From contig NZ_JBLXDX010000007.1 of the NCBI RefSeq assembly GCF_048263735.1, positions 5,146-69,145 on the forward strand: a DNA stretch of 64,000 bases. The letters run 5' to 3'. Within the stretch, counting starts at the first letter, position 1. Each line of letters starts with the position of its first letter. The notes beneath the pieces are model-generated. The model saw only the letters and a list, made by a program, of their open reading frames with translations. It did no database searches and was not told the DNA's origin. A program made the translations under genes and the position numbers. This document shows, piece after piece, positions 40,885 to 50,660 of this stretch. The stretch is from Pseudidiomarina aestuarii (GTDB taxonomy: Bacteria > Pseudomonadota > Gammaproteobacteria > Enterobacterales > Alteromonadaceae).

Positions 40885-41530
40885 AAGCTAACCAATCGTT
40901 TCGGATTGGATGATAAAAAGCCAGTGACTCGGCATGCAGAAGTAAGCGGTCACTTGCGTGGTAAGCCTCGTCATGCGCATAGAACTTGTCACCGAGAATA
41001 GGGTGGCCAAGCCACTGCATATGCACGCGAAGTTGATGTGAGCGGCCAGTGTAAGGTTCTAGCTCGACGTCGCTGTATGGCTTGCCGAGGGTCTTCGTCG
41101 AAGCGAGAATGCGGTAATTGGTTGTCGCTGGCTTGCCCAGCACAGGGTCAACCATTTGCCGCGGTCGGTTAGGCCAGTCGCAGCGCAGCGGGATAGTTAC
41201 CGAACCCGATTCCGCAGGCAAATCTCCCCACACTCGCGCTCGATACGCCTTCTTCACCGAGCGCCGTTCAAATTGTCGTTGCAAGTGCGCTTGGGCAGGT
41301 TTGGTCAAAGCAAAGACCAACAGCCCTGATGTGGCCATATCCAGACGATGCACAATACGAATAGTCGGCAGTACGTAATGGAGTCTGGACCATAACGAAT
41401 CATAATGTTCTTTCGCTTTGCCGGGCACGCTCAGCAATCCACTCGGCTTATTCACCACCACAATCGCATCATCCTGGTAGAGGATTTCTAAGTAAGGCGT
41501 TTGTGGTGGAGAATAGGCCACTAATGTCAT
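40862..41530 (-). CDS. rluA: Pseudouridine synthase RluA
   Basis: NKPSGLLSVPG, HRLDMATSG, TGRSHQLRVH and LLLHA motifs; downstream of rapA. Confidence 0.94.
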   Translation of the reverse strand: MTLVAYSPPQTPYLEILYQDDAIVVVNKPSGLLSVPGKAKEHYDSLWSRLHYVLPTIRIVHRLDMATSGLLVFALTKPAQAHLQRQFERRSVKKAYRARVWGDLPAESGSVTIPLRCDWPNRPRQMVDPVLGKPATTNYRILASTKTLGKPYSDVELEPYTGRSHQLRVHMQWLGHPILGDKFYAHDEAYHASDRLLLHAESLAFYHPIRNDWLAFNAPVPF

Positions 41531-44277
41531 GTGGGAATATTCACAATTACACGCGCAGTGTCGAGCTGCAGCAGTGGCTGCTGCAGTGCTGCCAGCAATT
41601 CGGTTTTACGTTTCACTACGGCATCAAGCTCGTCGTCACGAATCATCGGATTCCGTGTTTGGAGTTGCTGCAAACGAGCCAGCTGTTGGCTCAGCACCGT
41701 CTCAATGTGTTGTTGCGTTTTTTCAATCAGAGGTTGCTGCAGTGCTTCGGCTGGCGCTACGGCATTGACCATCGCTTGCTGTAACGCTGGGCGTAATTGT
41801 TTGATGATCATCCGTGCTTGCTTCTTATCCATAAACTGCAATTGCTTATCGAGCGAAGGTGCCGGGACTTTCTGGCTCAAGTCGCGGCCTTGGCTATCGA
41901 GCAGTACACGGATGGCTTGACGTGGATAGAACTCTTGTACTGCCAGTTCACGTGGCGCCACGGCGCGGCTACTGAAGGTAAGTTCTAAGAACCAAGTGCC
42001 CGCAGGTAGGGCGCGATTTTGTAGCATTGCAACACAAGTACTGCCAAATGCATCTTCGGTGAGGAGTTCGAGCGCTTGTTGAACATGGGGGTGATCCCAG
42101 CTCAGCAAAATGACGTCTTCGTGCGCCAACGCATAGTTCCGCGAGAAGGTTACCGTGATGCCTTCTTCAGGCAAGTCGGCAAGCGGTGTGCGCAATTGAT
42201 CGGTGGGACGCAACCAACCGCTGTCGGCATTGAGTTCATCGTAATCCACACCGAATCGCGCCCAAAACTCTTGCATGAATGCTTCTAACTGGTTGTCCTC
42301 GGTGAAGGTTTCAATTCGCTCCACAAGCGCTTGCGCAAGCTGTGGTCGAAACGCGTTGAGCTCTTGTAACCGATCACGACCCTGTGCGACTTCAGCACGT
42401 AATGCTTCTGCTTTATCTTCCGTTGCCAATGCTAATTGCTCAACCGCCATCGCATCGAGAGGCTGTTGTTCGGTTAGCTCACGAACCGATTCTACAAAGG
42501 TTTCATACAGCGCATCACCTACTGCATTCGGTGCAGTAAACGCGTTCATGGCGTCGTACCAACGGAACCACACTTCGCTGGCACCATCCATCACATAAGG
42601 CACATGCACTTGAACAGGATGTTGTTGACCAATGCGGTCCAAGCGTCCGATGCGTTGTTCCAACAAATCCGGGTGCTCCGGTAAATCAAATAGAATCAAA
42701 TGATGTGCGAATTGGAAATTACGGCCTTCACTACCAATCTCCGAACAGATTAACAACTGACAACCGTCCTCTGGACTGGCAAAAAATGCGGCGGCGCGGT
42801 CACGCTCAAGCACACTGAGGCCTTCATGGAAGACCGCGGCATGCAATCCAAACCGAATCCGCAACTGCTCAGCCAGATCCAGTGCTCCGGCGGTACTTTT
42901 ACAAATCAGAATAAACTTATCCGGCCGATGTTGTTTCAGCAGTTGCTGCAACCAGTCAATTGCTGCCGCTTCGTCGTCCAACTCATGTGGAACCAGATGA
43001 CGCTCAGGAAAACCACCGACATGAGCACGCGCGTTGCGGAACATCACACGACCAGTGCCATGCATATCCAGCAACTCATCCAGTAACGCCTGGCGACTCG
43101 CAGGGTCAGACAATACATCCGTTGACAGTGAACGTTGCAGAAACTCCGCGAGCGCGTCAGTTTGTGTCGCGTTTAGTGGGTTGGTGTCACCCGCAGCGTC
43201 TGCAAGCGCACCAACGAGCGGTGCTAATTCATGATAGCGTTGCTGCTCGGCAACAAAGGCCTGGTGGTCGTAAAAGCGCTCTGGATCCAGCAATTGCAAC
43301 CGCGCAAAATGCGCTTCAGCACCAGCTTGCTCTGGGGTCGCTGTGAGCAGCAGAACCCCAGCGGTTACTTGGCAAAGTTCGCGCATCAACGCAAATTGCG
43401 GCTGTTCTGGGTGTAATTGATGCGCTTCATCAAACACCAACAAATCCCAGTTTACTGCGGTCAGTTGAGGCCCCCAGGTGGGGTGCCGTAATAAGGACTG
43501 CGGAATGAGGACCAATTGTTCAGAGGCAAAGACATCGCCACCATCCAGAGCAGCTTGTTCGCAGCGTTCTTCGTCAAAAAGGCTAAAGCGCAATGCAAAC
43601 CGGCGTTGCAGTTCGATGATCCACTGATGCGTCAGGGAGTCTGGCACAATCACAATGATTCGTTGGGAGCGACCACTTAATAAACGGCGCTGCATAATAT
43701 AGCCCGCTTCAATGGTCTTCCCGAGTCCCACTTCATCAGCAAGCATCACCCGTGGCTGATAGCGATCAGCCAATTGGTTCGCAATATACAATTGGTGCGG
43801 GAGTAGATTCACTCTGGCACCCAATAAACCCGCTACTTGTGATTGCTGCCAAGCCTGCAAATGCTGCTGCGCTTGTTGCCGCAACCGATACATATCCAAG
43901 CGATCGGTTTTACCTGCCAGCAGGCGGGTCATCGGGTGATTCACCGCAACCTGAGCAGACAACTGAGGTTCAGGGACTCGCACAGACTCTTGAGTGTCTT
44001 CGCGCACACCAATATAGGTATTGATGCCATGTTGCTGAGTCACTTCGATAACACGAAAGTACCAGCCGTCAGCATGCTGGCCTTGTTCATCGGCAAGCAA
44101 CTGGTAGCGAGCCAGTGGCGCTTCCGCAGCAGCGTAGTGGCGCACCTCATCCGTAGCGGGAAATAAGATCGTCAGCATGCGCCCAGACACTTGGGTAATG
44201 AGGCCCAAGCCTTGTTCAGTCTCGGTTTCGCTTAACCATCGTTGGCCCACCGAATACGGGGTTGCTGTATCGCTCAT
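41527..44277 (-). CDS. rapA: RNA polymerase-associated SWI2/SNF2 protein RapA
   Basis: GQRW.SETE..LG, ADEVGLGKTIEAG, DEAH, TATPEQ, SEGRNFQ and EQRIGRLDRIGQ motifs. Confidence 0.96.
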   Translation of the reverse strand: MSDTATPYSVGQRWLSETETEQGLGLITQVSGRMLTILFPATDEVRHYAAAEAPLARYQLLADEQGQHADGWYFRVIEVTQQHGINTYIGVREDTQESVRVPEPQLSAQVAVNHPMTRLLAGKTDRLDMYRLRQQAQQHLQAWQQSQVAGLLGARVNLLPHQLYIANQLADRYQPRVMLADEVGLGKTIEAGYIMQRRLLSGRSQRIIVIVPDSLTHQWIIELQRRFALRFSLFDEERCEQAALDGGDVFASEQLVLIPQSLLRHPTWGPQLTAVNWDLLVFDEAHQLHPEQPQFALMRELCQVTAGVLLLTATPEQAGAEAHFARLQLLDPERFYDHQAFVAEQQRYHELAPLVGALADAAGDTNPLNATQTDALAEFLQRSLSTDVLSDPASRQALLDELLDMHGTGRVMFRNARAHVGGFPERHLVPHELDDEAAAIDWLQQLLKQHRPDKFILICKSTAGALDLAEQLRIRFGLHAAVFHEGLSVLERDRAAAFFASPEDGCQLLICSEIGSEGRNFQFAHHLILFDLPEHPDLLEQRIGRLDRIGQQHPVQVHVPYVMDGASEVWFRWYDAMNAFTAPNAVGDALYETFVESVRELTEQQPLDAMAVEQLALATEDKAEALRAEVAQGRDRLQELNAFRPQLAQALVERIETFTEDNQLEAFMQEFWARFGVDYDELNADSGWLRPTDQLRTPLADLPEEGITVTFSRNYALAHEDVILLSWDHPHVQQALELLTEDAFGSTCVAMLQNRALPAGTWFLELTFSSRAVAPRELAVQEFYPRQAIRVLLDSQGRDLSQKVPAPSLDKQLQFMDKKQARMIIKQLRPALQQAMVNAVAPAEALQQPLIEKTQQHIETVLSQQLARLQQLQTRNPMIRDDELDAVVKRKTELLAALQQPLLQLDTARVIVNIPT

Positions 44278-44310
44278 TAACTTACCTTTTGCTGCTGTCG
44301 AATAAATTCA

Positions 44311-44327
44311 GGGCGCGCATGATACCA
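44311..44327 (-). promoter_or_regulatory. Extended -10 promoter for rapA with GC-rich (stringent-type) discriminator
   Basis: Minus strand TG-G-TATCAT followed by GCGCGCCC. Confidence 0.5.
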
Positions 44328-44483
44328 AAAAGCTAGCGAGAAAAACGAGGTCACGAACTGTGGTCTAAAAATTTTGCAAAAAAACTTAAATCTTCACACC
44401 TTTTTCATAAAATCTGCGCTAGTCTTAATTGTGTAAGGCACGTGAAAATAATTATAGAAGAACACTGCTGCTTGAGGTTACGC

Positions 44484-45869
44484 ATGACAGAAAAACACTC
44501 CAAGTACTATCTGCTCGACACGAATATCCTCCTTCACGAACCGCTCGCTTTCCTGAATTTCGAAGAACACAACGTCATCATACCCATGGTTGTCTTGGAA
44601 GAACTCGACAACATCAAAGACCGCAATAAAGATGTCAGTCGCGAAGCTCGAGTCGCCATTCGTTCACTGGAGGATGCGCTAAAAGATGCCACTCCAGAAC
44701 AAATTCTTGAAGGTGTGCCGTTAAGTAACATGCAGGGTGCCCATCACGCGCAGGGTACGCTGGCTATCTTCCCAGATTACGCCCTGAAGCAAACCGAAGC
44801 GGTGCTCAATTTATCCGAGAACGACCACCGCATTATTCAGTCGGCATTGGAACTACAGAAGAAATTTAAAGACAGCAAAGTAGTGTTGGTCACTAAAGAC
44901 ATCAACATGCGGTTGAAGGCGAAGGGGGCTGGGGTCAAGTATGTTGAAGATTACCGTACTGACCAGCTGATTGACGATATTCGCTATTTGTCGAAAGGTT
45001 TTGTCGAAATTGAGGGTGATTTTTGGGCCAAAGTAGGCGATGTCGAGAGCGCGCAGGAAGGCCGTGAGACCTTTCATGAGGTCGACCGAACGATTCTCCC
45101 CAGCGCATTTCGCAATCAGTATGTGATTGATGAAAGCGAAACCTTTGCCGCCAAAGTCGTTTCTTATGACAACGAAGTTGTGCGCTTACATGACCTCGGC
45201 TATGACCGTATGATGTCTTACAAAGCCTGGGGCATTCAGCCGAAGAATATCTATCAAGCCATGGCGATGAATGCACTGTTGGATCCCACCATTGATTTGG
45301 TTATTTTGACCGGACCTGCGGGTAGTGGGAAAACGTTGCTGGCACTCGCTGCAGCCCTAGAAATGGTGGTGGAGCAAGGTATTTATGAAAAGATCATTGT
45401 CACGCGGAACACGCCGGAGATTGCCGAATCGATTGGTTACTTGCCCGGCACTGAAGAGGAGAAGATGGCGCCTTGGTTAGCGGCCATCACCGACTCCCTA
45501 GAAGTATTGCATAAACATGATGAAAGCATGGAGTCGAGCATGAATTACATCATGAACAAAGCGAACATCCAGCTGAAGTCACTGAACTTTATGCGCGGCC
45601 GCAGTATTCAGAATGCCATCGTCATTTTGGATGAGTCGCAGAACTTAACAGCGTCACAGCTGAAGACGATTATTACCCGCTGCGGTACTGGAACCAAAAT
45701 CATCTGCTCCGGTAACCTCGCGCAAATCGACAGTTACTATTTAACGGCAGTCACCTCGGGTTTGACCTACATTGTTGAGCGCTTCAAGGACTATCCAGGC
45801 AGTGCGACTGTGAATCTCAATGGTGTGGTGCGTAGTAATCTGGCCCAATATGCGGAAGAAAATCTCTAG
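44484..45869 (+). CDS. PIN domain-PhoH ATPase fusion (PhoH2/YlaK-like)
   Basis: PIN motifs LLDTNILL, VLEELD, NDHRII, TKDINMRLKA; P-loop GPAGSGKT; RGRSI; ILDESQN. SD GAGG before ATG 44484. Confidence 0.9.
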   Translation: MTEKHSKYYLLDTNILLHEPLAFLNFEEHNVIIPMVVLEELDNIKDRNKDVSREARVAIRSLEDALKDATPEQILEGVPLSNMQGAHHAQGTLAIFPDYALKQTEAVLNLSENDHRIIQSALELQKKFKDSKVVLVTKDINMRLKAKGAGVKYVEDYRTDQLIDDIRYLSKGFVEIEGDFWAKVGDVESAQEGRETFHEVDRTILPSAFRNQYVIDESETFAAKVVSYDNEVVRLHDLGYDRMMSYKAWGIQPKNIYQAMAMNALLDPTIDLVILTGPAGSGKTLLALAAALEMVVEQGIYEKIIVTRNTPEIAESIGYLPGTEEEKMAPWLAAITDSLEVLHKHDESMESSMNYIMNKANIQLKSLNFMRGRSIQNAIVILDESQNLTASQLKTIITRCGTGTKIICSGNLAQIDSYYLTAVTSGLTYIVERFKDYPGSATVNLNGVVRSNLAQYAEENL

Positions 45870-45879
45870 AGCTGCCTAC

Positions 45880-46296
45880 CTAAGATTCAGCAGAGGATAG
45901 GTAATCTTGCAGGATAAGTTGGGCAGCGGCGCTGTCCACCTTACCTTTACTCAACTGTTTATAGCCGCCGCTGGCAAACAACTCCTCGCGCGCCGCAACA
46001 GTGGTGAGTCGTTCATCTTGTAAATCAACAGGCAAACCAAAGCGGCCGTGAAGCCGATTCGCAAACTTGCGTGCGAGATCAGTCAACGGCTGCTCAGTTC
46101 CATCCATGTTTAGCGGTAAACCGACCACCAATCGCTGGGGTTGCCATTCGTGGAAAATCTTTTCGACAGCAGACCATTCGGGTTGACCATCTTTGGCACG
46201 TAAAGCTGCTAAAGGCTGCGCGCTGCCAGTGATGGTTTGTCCCACAGCAACACCAATGCTATGAGTCCCGAAATCAAATCCTATAATGACACTCAT
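45880..46296 (-). CDS. ruvX: YqgF/RuvX RNase H-fold nuclease (pre-16S rRNA processing)
   Basis: [23 protein letters not shown] and VDSAAA.LIL motifs. Confidence 0.93.
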   Translation of the reverse strand: MSVIIGFDFGTHSIGVAVGQTITGSAQPLAALRAKDGQPEWSAVEKIFHEWQPQRLVVGLPLNMDGTEQPLTDLARKFANRLHGRFGLPVDLQDERLTTVAAREELFASGGYKQLSKGKVDSAAAQLILQDYLSSAES

Positions 46297-46302
46297 CTGT
46301 TT

Positions 46303-46869
46303 TTAAGCATGCCCAACATCGGGTCCTAGTTGCCAAACATCAATACCGAGCCGTGCCGCGGCTTTTTGCCAGCGCTCACGAACCGGGGTATTAAACAAAA
46401 TATCCGGATCGGCTGGAATGGTTAACCAACTATTCTCCGCCAATTCCTGCTCTAATTGTCCAGCATCCCAACCGGCGTAACCGAGGGTCAGAATAAATTT
46501 TTCGGGAGGCGTACCTTGCCCCATCGACTCAAGAATGTCTTTTGAGGTGGTGATCATGAAATCATCACTGAGTCGGAGTGAGCTGCGCCAATGGTCTACC
46601 GGTGCATGCAAGACAAAGCCGCGGTCACGAGCCAACGGACCTCCGGCATACACGGGAAGATCCAGCGTTTTCGAGGCGTCCGGCACAACAATTTCAAGTT
46701 GCTTGAGGAGGCCACCGACGGTGAGGTCGACGGGTTGATTCACCACTAAACCCATCGCGCCATCTTCGTTGTGCTCACAAATATAGGTGACCGAACGTTG
46801 AAAAAACGGGTCATCCAAAGTGGGCATCGCAATCAAAAAGTGATTCTGTAGGCTCGACAGTGTTTCCAT
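46303..46869 (-). CDS. yqgE: YqgE/AlgH family protein
   Basis: FLIAMP, YICEH, GGP and LGYAGW..GQLE.E motifs. Confidence 0.93.
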   Translation of the reverse strand: METLSSLQNHFLIAMPTLDDPFFQRSVTYICEHNEDGAMGLVVNQPVDLTVGGLLKQLEIVVPDASKTLDLPVYAGGPLARDRGFVLHAPVDHWRSSLRLSDDFMITTSKDILESMGQGTPPEKFILTLGYAGWDAGQLEQELAENSWLTIPADPDILFNTPVRERWQKAAARLGIDVWQLGPDVGHA

Positions 46870-46897
46870 AGGTTCAATTACAACTCTTTAGTCTGTG

Positions 46898-47836
46898 TTA
46901 GCGCAAAGCTTCAATGGCTTCGAACAGCTTGGCGGCAATATTAATATCGTAGGCGCCTTCAATTTCACGCATGCAGGTTGGGCTGGTAACGTTAATTTCA
47001 GTAATGCGATCACCAATCACATCCAATCCGACAAGTAGTAAACCACGTCGTTTCAGTTCCGGACCTACTGCGCGGGCCAACGCCCAGTCGCTCTCGCTTA
47101 AAGGCTGTGGCCGGCCACTACCGCCGGCGGCCAAGTTACCACGCGTTTCACCAGCCGAGGGAACGCGAGCTAAGGAATATGGCATCGCCTCACCGTTGAT
47201 AATCAGAATACGCTTATCGCCATCTTTAATTTCTGGCATGTAACGCTGCACCATACAATAGCGATTACCGTGGTCGGTCAAGGTTTCGATAATCACACCA
47301 AGGTTTTGACCATCGTTGCCGACGCGGAAAATTGAGGCGCCACCCATACCATCCAGCGGCTTGAGGATAATATCTTTGTGTTCCTGATGGAACGCCCGAA
47401 TCTGCTCCGCGCGCCGCGTGACAATAGTTGGTGGCGTGTGCTCGGAAAACCACGCGGTAAATAGTTTTTCATTACAATCACGCAAGCTTTGCGGCTTGTT
47501 CACGACCAAAGTGCCGCGTTGCTCAGCCAGTTCGAGCATATAAGTAGCATAGACATACTCAGTGTCGAACGGTGGATCTTTACGCATCATGATGACGTCA
47601 AAGTCAGCCAACGAACAATCTATGGTGTCACCAAACTGATAGAAGTTCTCAGCTTGATCTTTCACGGTAACAGGCTTGGCGCGAGCCATAGGTTCACCGA
47701 GGACAATCGATAGGTCCTGCATTTCGAGGTAAAAAACTTCGTAGCCACGCGCCTGCGCTTCCAGCAGCAGTCGAAAGCTAGTGTCTTTGTACGTTTTGAC
47801 ACTGGCCATGGGGTCCATAATCATCGCTAACTTCAT
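46898..47836 (-). CDS. gshB: Glutathione synthetase
   Basis: MDP...K..KDTS, RKDPPFD, KPLDGMGG and EINVTSPT motifs; SD GAGGT before ATG 47836. Confidence 0.96.
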   Translation of the reverse strand: MKLAMIMDPMASVKTYKDTSFRLLLEAQARGYEVFYLEMQDLSIVLGEPMARAKPVTVKDQAENFYQFGDTIDCSLADFDVIMMRKDPPFDTEYVYATYMLELAEQRGTLVVNKPQSLRDCNEKLFTAWFSEHTPPTIVTRRAEQIRAFHQEHKDIILKPLDGMGGASIFRVGNDGQNLGVIIETLTDHGNRYCMVQRYMPEIKDGDKRILIINGEAMPYSLARVPSAGETRGNLAAGGSGRPQPLSESDWALARAVGPELKRRGLLLVGLDVIGDRITEINVTSPTCMREIEGAYDINIAAKLFEAIEALR

Positions 47837-47860
47837 AATCACCTCATCGAACAAATTAGA

Positions 47861-47938
47861 GTGAATAGTGAATGGTGAACAGTGAAACGAAACTCCACCG
47901 GTGGGCCTTCTGTTCACTGTTCACCGTTGACTATTCAC
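47861..47938. repeat. 78-bp nested inverted repeat built of GTGAAYR heptamers, with a central CCACCGGTGG palindrome
   Basis: Arms 47861-47886 and 47913-47938 are 24/26 complementary; perfect 10-bp palindrome at 47895-47904. Confidence 0.9.
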
Positions 47939-47945
47939 CAGTCTT

Positions 47946-48683
47946 TTAGGCTAAGTCGCCGAACTGGTACTGCAGTACGCTCAGTGCTGCTAATGCTGCG
48001 GTTTCCGTGCGCAACACCCGTGGTCCCAGCTTGACTGGAATAAACTCATGTGCGGCGGTGAGCGCAACTTCGTCTTCAGTAAAGCCGCCTTCGGGGCCAA
48101 TCACCAGCTGTACTTTTTGATCAACCAATTCCATTTCTCGCAACGCTCGCTGAGCATAAGGATCTAACGTCAAGCGTAATGCTGGTTCCAAGTCCGCAAA
48201 CCAAGTCGCTAGCGTCACTGGATGATGCACGATAGGTACACGGGTGCGCCCTGATTGCTCGCAGGCGGCAATGACGATTTTCTGCCATTGCTGCACTTTT
48301 TTCTCGAGCCGTTCACCACTTAATTTGACGCCACAGCGCTCGGTAAACAAGGGGGTAATGCTGGATACACCCAGTTCTACCGATTTCTGCAGCACAAAGT
48401 CCATCCGATCCCCTCGTGAGATCGCTTGACCGAGATGCACAGCAACCGGTGATTCATTCGCAACCAACTGCTGGTCAGTGACTTCAACGGTGACCGATTT
48501 TTTCGTCACGGTCGTAATGACTGCAGAATATAAATGGCCGTCGCCGGTAAATAATTGCAGCGCGTCGCCGACTTGCATGCGCAGAACTCGACCAACATGG
48601 TTGGCAGCATCATCAGACAGCGTATACTGAGTCGCAATAGTCAGTGGCTGTTCGGCTGGATGATAAATTCGCGGAATTCGCAT
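47946..48683 (-). CDS. rsmE: 16S rRNA m3U1498 methyltransferase
   Basis: HVGRVLR, QKSVELG, IAACEQSGR, IGPEGG and LGPRVLRTETA motifs. Confidence 0.96.
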   Translation of the reverse strand: MRIPRIYHPAEQPLTIATQYTLSDDAANHVGRVLRMQVGDALQLFTGDGHLYSAVITTVTKKSVTVEVTDQQLVANESPVAVHLGQAISRGDRMDFVLQKSVELGVSSITPLFTERCGVKLSGERLEKKVQQWQKIVIAACEQSGRTRVPIVHHPVTLATWFADLEPALRLTLDPYAQRALREMELVDQKVQLVIGPEGGFTEDEVALTAAHEFIPVKLGPRVLRTETAALAALSVLQYQFGDLA

Positions 48684-48818
48684 GCTCGTTCTTTCAGTCG
48701 GTCATTGGTTAACTGCATAGTAACATCACCTGAGTCTGCCGTGCTAATAGCCAATCGTTAAAAGCTAGTCACTTATCGTATTTATAAAATCGTCACTTAC
48801 ATGAGGAGATACAGGTCG

Positions 48819-50660
48819 ATGTCGAGACTCTTATTATTGTCGAGCATTGTTGTCAGCGGATTGACAGTGAGTGCCAGCGTTCAGGCGGAAGATCAACACA
48901 GCTTTGCTGAACTGGATCGCGTGAGTACCCCGCACTTAGAACTCGATTTAACCGTGAACTTTGCCGAAAAACAGTTGGAAGGAACCGCGACCTATCAATT
49001 GGCTCGCCATGCCGACGCAAACACTTTGGTGTTGGATACGAGTGACCTGACGATTCAGAAAACCGAGCTGTGGCTCAATGGGCAGTGGCAAGAAACTGCA
49101 CACACGCTGGCGGAACCGTTCGAAAGTTTGGGGCAGAAGTTGACCATTGATGTTGGCGCGGATAGCACAAAGGTGCGTATTCATTATGAAACTGCACCCA
49201 CAGCGAGCGGGCTGCAGTGGTTGACGCCAGAACAGACCGCAGGGAAAAAACATCCCTTTATGTTCAGCCAATCACAACCGATTCATGCACGTAGTTGGAT
49301 CCCGATTCAAGATACGCCAGCGCTACGACTTACTTACGACGCAACCATTCGCACACCGGATCAATTACGCGCGGTCATGAGTGCCAACAACGCGCTGACC
49401 GCCGACCGCACGGATACCTATGAGTTGTCCATGCCACAACCGATTCCGCCGTACCTCATTGCCATTGCGGTCGGTGACCTCGAAGTCAAAGCCATCAGTG
49501 ACAATGTAGCTGTCTTCGCCGAATCGTATATTATTGATGATGCTGCGTGGGAATGGGCGGATACGCCCAAAATGATTGAAGTGACCGAGGCCATGTACGG
49601 TCCGTATCGTTGGGATCGTTATGACCTCTTAGTACTGCCACCGAGCTTTCCTTTCGGCGGCATGGAGAATCCGCGCTTGAGCTTCATTACGCCAACTGTG
49701 GTATCCGGTGATCGCAGCCTGATTAATTTGATTGCGCACGAGCTGGCGCATTCTTGGTCCGGCAACTTAGTCACCAATGCCAGCTGGCGCGATTTGTGGA
49801 TCAACGAAGGCTTCACCAGTTACGTTGAAAACCGCATCATGGAAGCTATTTACGGCGAGCGTCGCGCGCAAATGGAACTGGCGCTGGGCTATCAAGACTT
49901 GCTGGGTGATCTCGAAACGTTGGCACCTGCAGATACTGTCATGAATATCGATCTAGGCACTCGCCATCCAGACGACGTATTCTCGCAAATCCCGTATGTG
50001 AAAGGACAATTGTTCCTCGTGTATTTGGAGGAGAAGTTTGGTCGTGAGGTGTTTGATGCATTCCTAAGAGACTACTTTGATGCGTTTGCGTTTCAAAGCA
50101 TCTCCACCGAACAATTCAAAAACTATTTGCAGCAAAACTTGCTCGCGAAGAATCCTGGCGTGGTGAGTATGGCTAAAGTCGAAGAGTGGATTCATGGTCA
50201 AGGCCTGCCGGAGGATGCACCGAGCCCGACTTCTGATGCGTTTGAACAAGCCGAGAAGCAAATGATGGTGTGGTTGAAAGGCGGTCAGCTCCAAACCGCT
50301 GAGTGGACAACCCATGAATGGCTGCACTTTATCAATAATTTGCCACTCGATATTTCGGCCGTGAATTTAGCGAGACTGGATCGCGAATATAATCTCACCA
50401 ACAGCGAAAATGCAGAAATTGCGCACGCTTGGTTAAAGCTGTCTATCATTAAAAAATATGAACCAGCGCGAGAGCGTTTGCGTAGCTACCTGTTATCCAT
50501 TGGTCGGAATAAGTTAGTGGCGCCTCTGTATCGCGAGTTGGCTCGTACTCCAGATAATCTGAAATGGGCTCGCGAAGTCTATCAAGAGGCACGCTCTGGC
50601 TATCACCCACTGACCCAATCGGTCAATGAAGCAATTTTATATCAAGAAGGGGATGAATAA
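48819..50660 (+). CDS. Secreted M1 family aminopeptidase (leukotriene A4 hydrolase-like)
   Basis: Signal peptide, GGMEN, HELAH...NEG zinc motif, YVKG and GRNK. Start ATG 48819 or 48801. Confidence 0.9.
   Translation: MSRLLLLSSIVVSGLTVSASVQAEDQHSFAELDRVSTPHLELDLTVNFAEKQLEGTATYQLARHADANTLVLDTSDLTIQKTELWLNGQWQETAHTLAEPFESLGQKLTIDVGADSTKVRIHYETAPTASGLQWLTPEQTAGKKHPFMFSQSQPIHARSWIPIQDTPALRLTYDATIRTPDQLRAVMSANNALTADRTDTYELSMPQPIPPYLIAIAVGDLEVKAISDNVAVFAESYIIDDAAWEWADTPKMIEVTEAMYGPYRWDRYDLLVLPPSFPFGGMENPRLSFITPTVVSGDRSLINLIAHELAHSWSGNLVTNASWRDLWINEGFTSYVENRIMEAIYGERRAQMELALGYQDLLGDLETLAPADTVMNIDLGTRHPDDVFSQIPYVKGQLFLVYLEEKFGREVFDAFLRDYFDAFAFQSISTEQFKNYLQQNLLAKNPGVVSMAKVEEWIHGQGLPEDAPSPTSDAFEQAEKQMMVWLKGGQLQTAEWTTHEWLHFINNLPLDISAVNLARLDREYNLTNSENAEIAHAWLKLSIIKKYEPARERLRSYLLSIGRNKLVAPLYRELARTPDNLKWAREVYQEARSGYHPLTQSVNEAILYQEGDE

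Noticed and set aside
44278-44483. Pho box or antitoxin ORF upstream of the PIN-PhoH gene
   Set aside because: There is no CTGTCAT direct repeat at 11-bp spacing and no independent small ORF with an SD.
3181-47917. Long N-terminal extensions in the ORF track (fbp 4254, panP 8730, dksA 15580, pepB 16274, pyrB 24782, amgK 38244, murU 39374, gshB 47917, and similarly the ABC/DUF3299 genes)
   Set aside because: Downstream starts have SD sites or coupling overlaps and match family N-termini; the extensions run through promoters or neighbouring genes.
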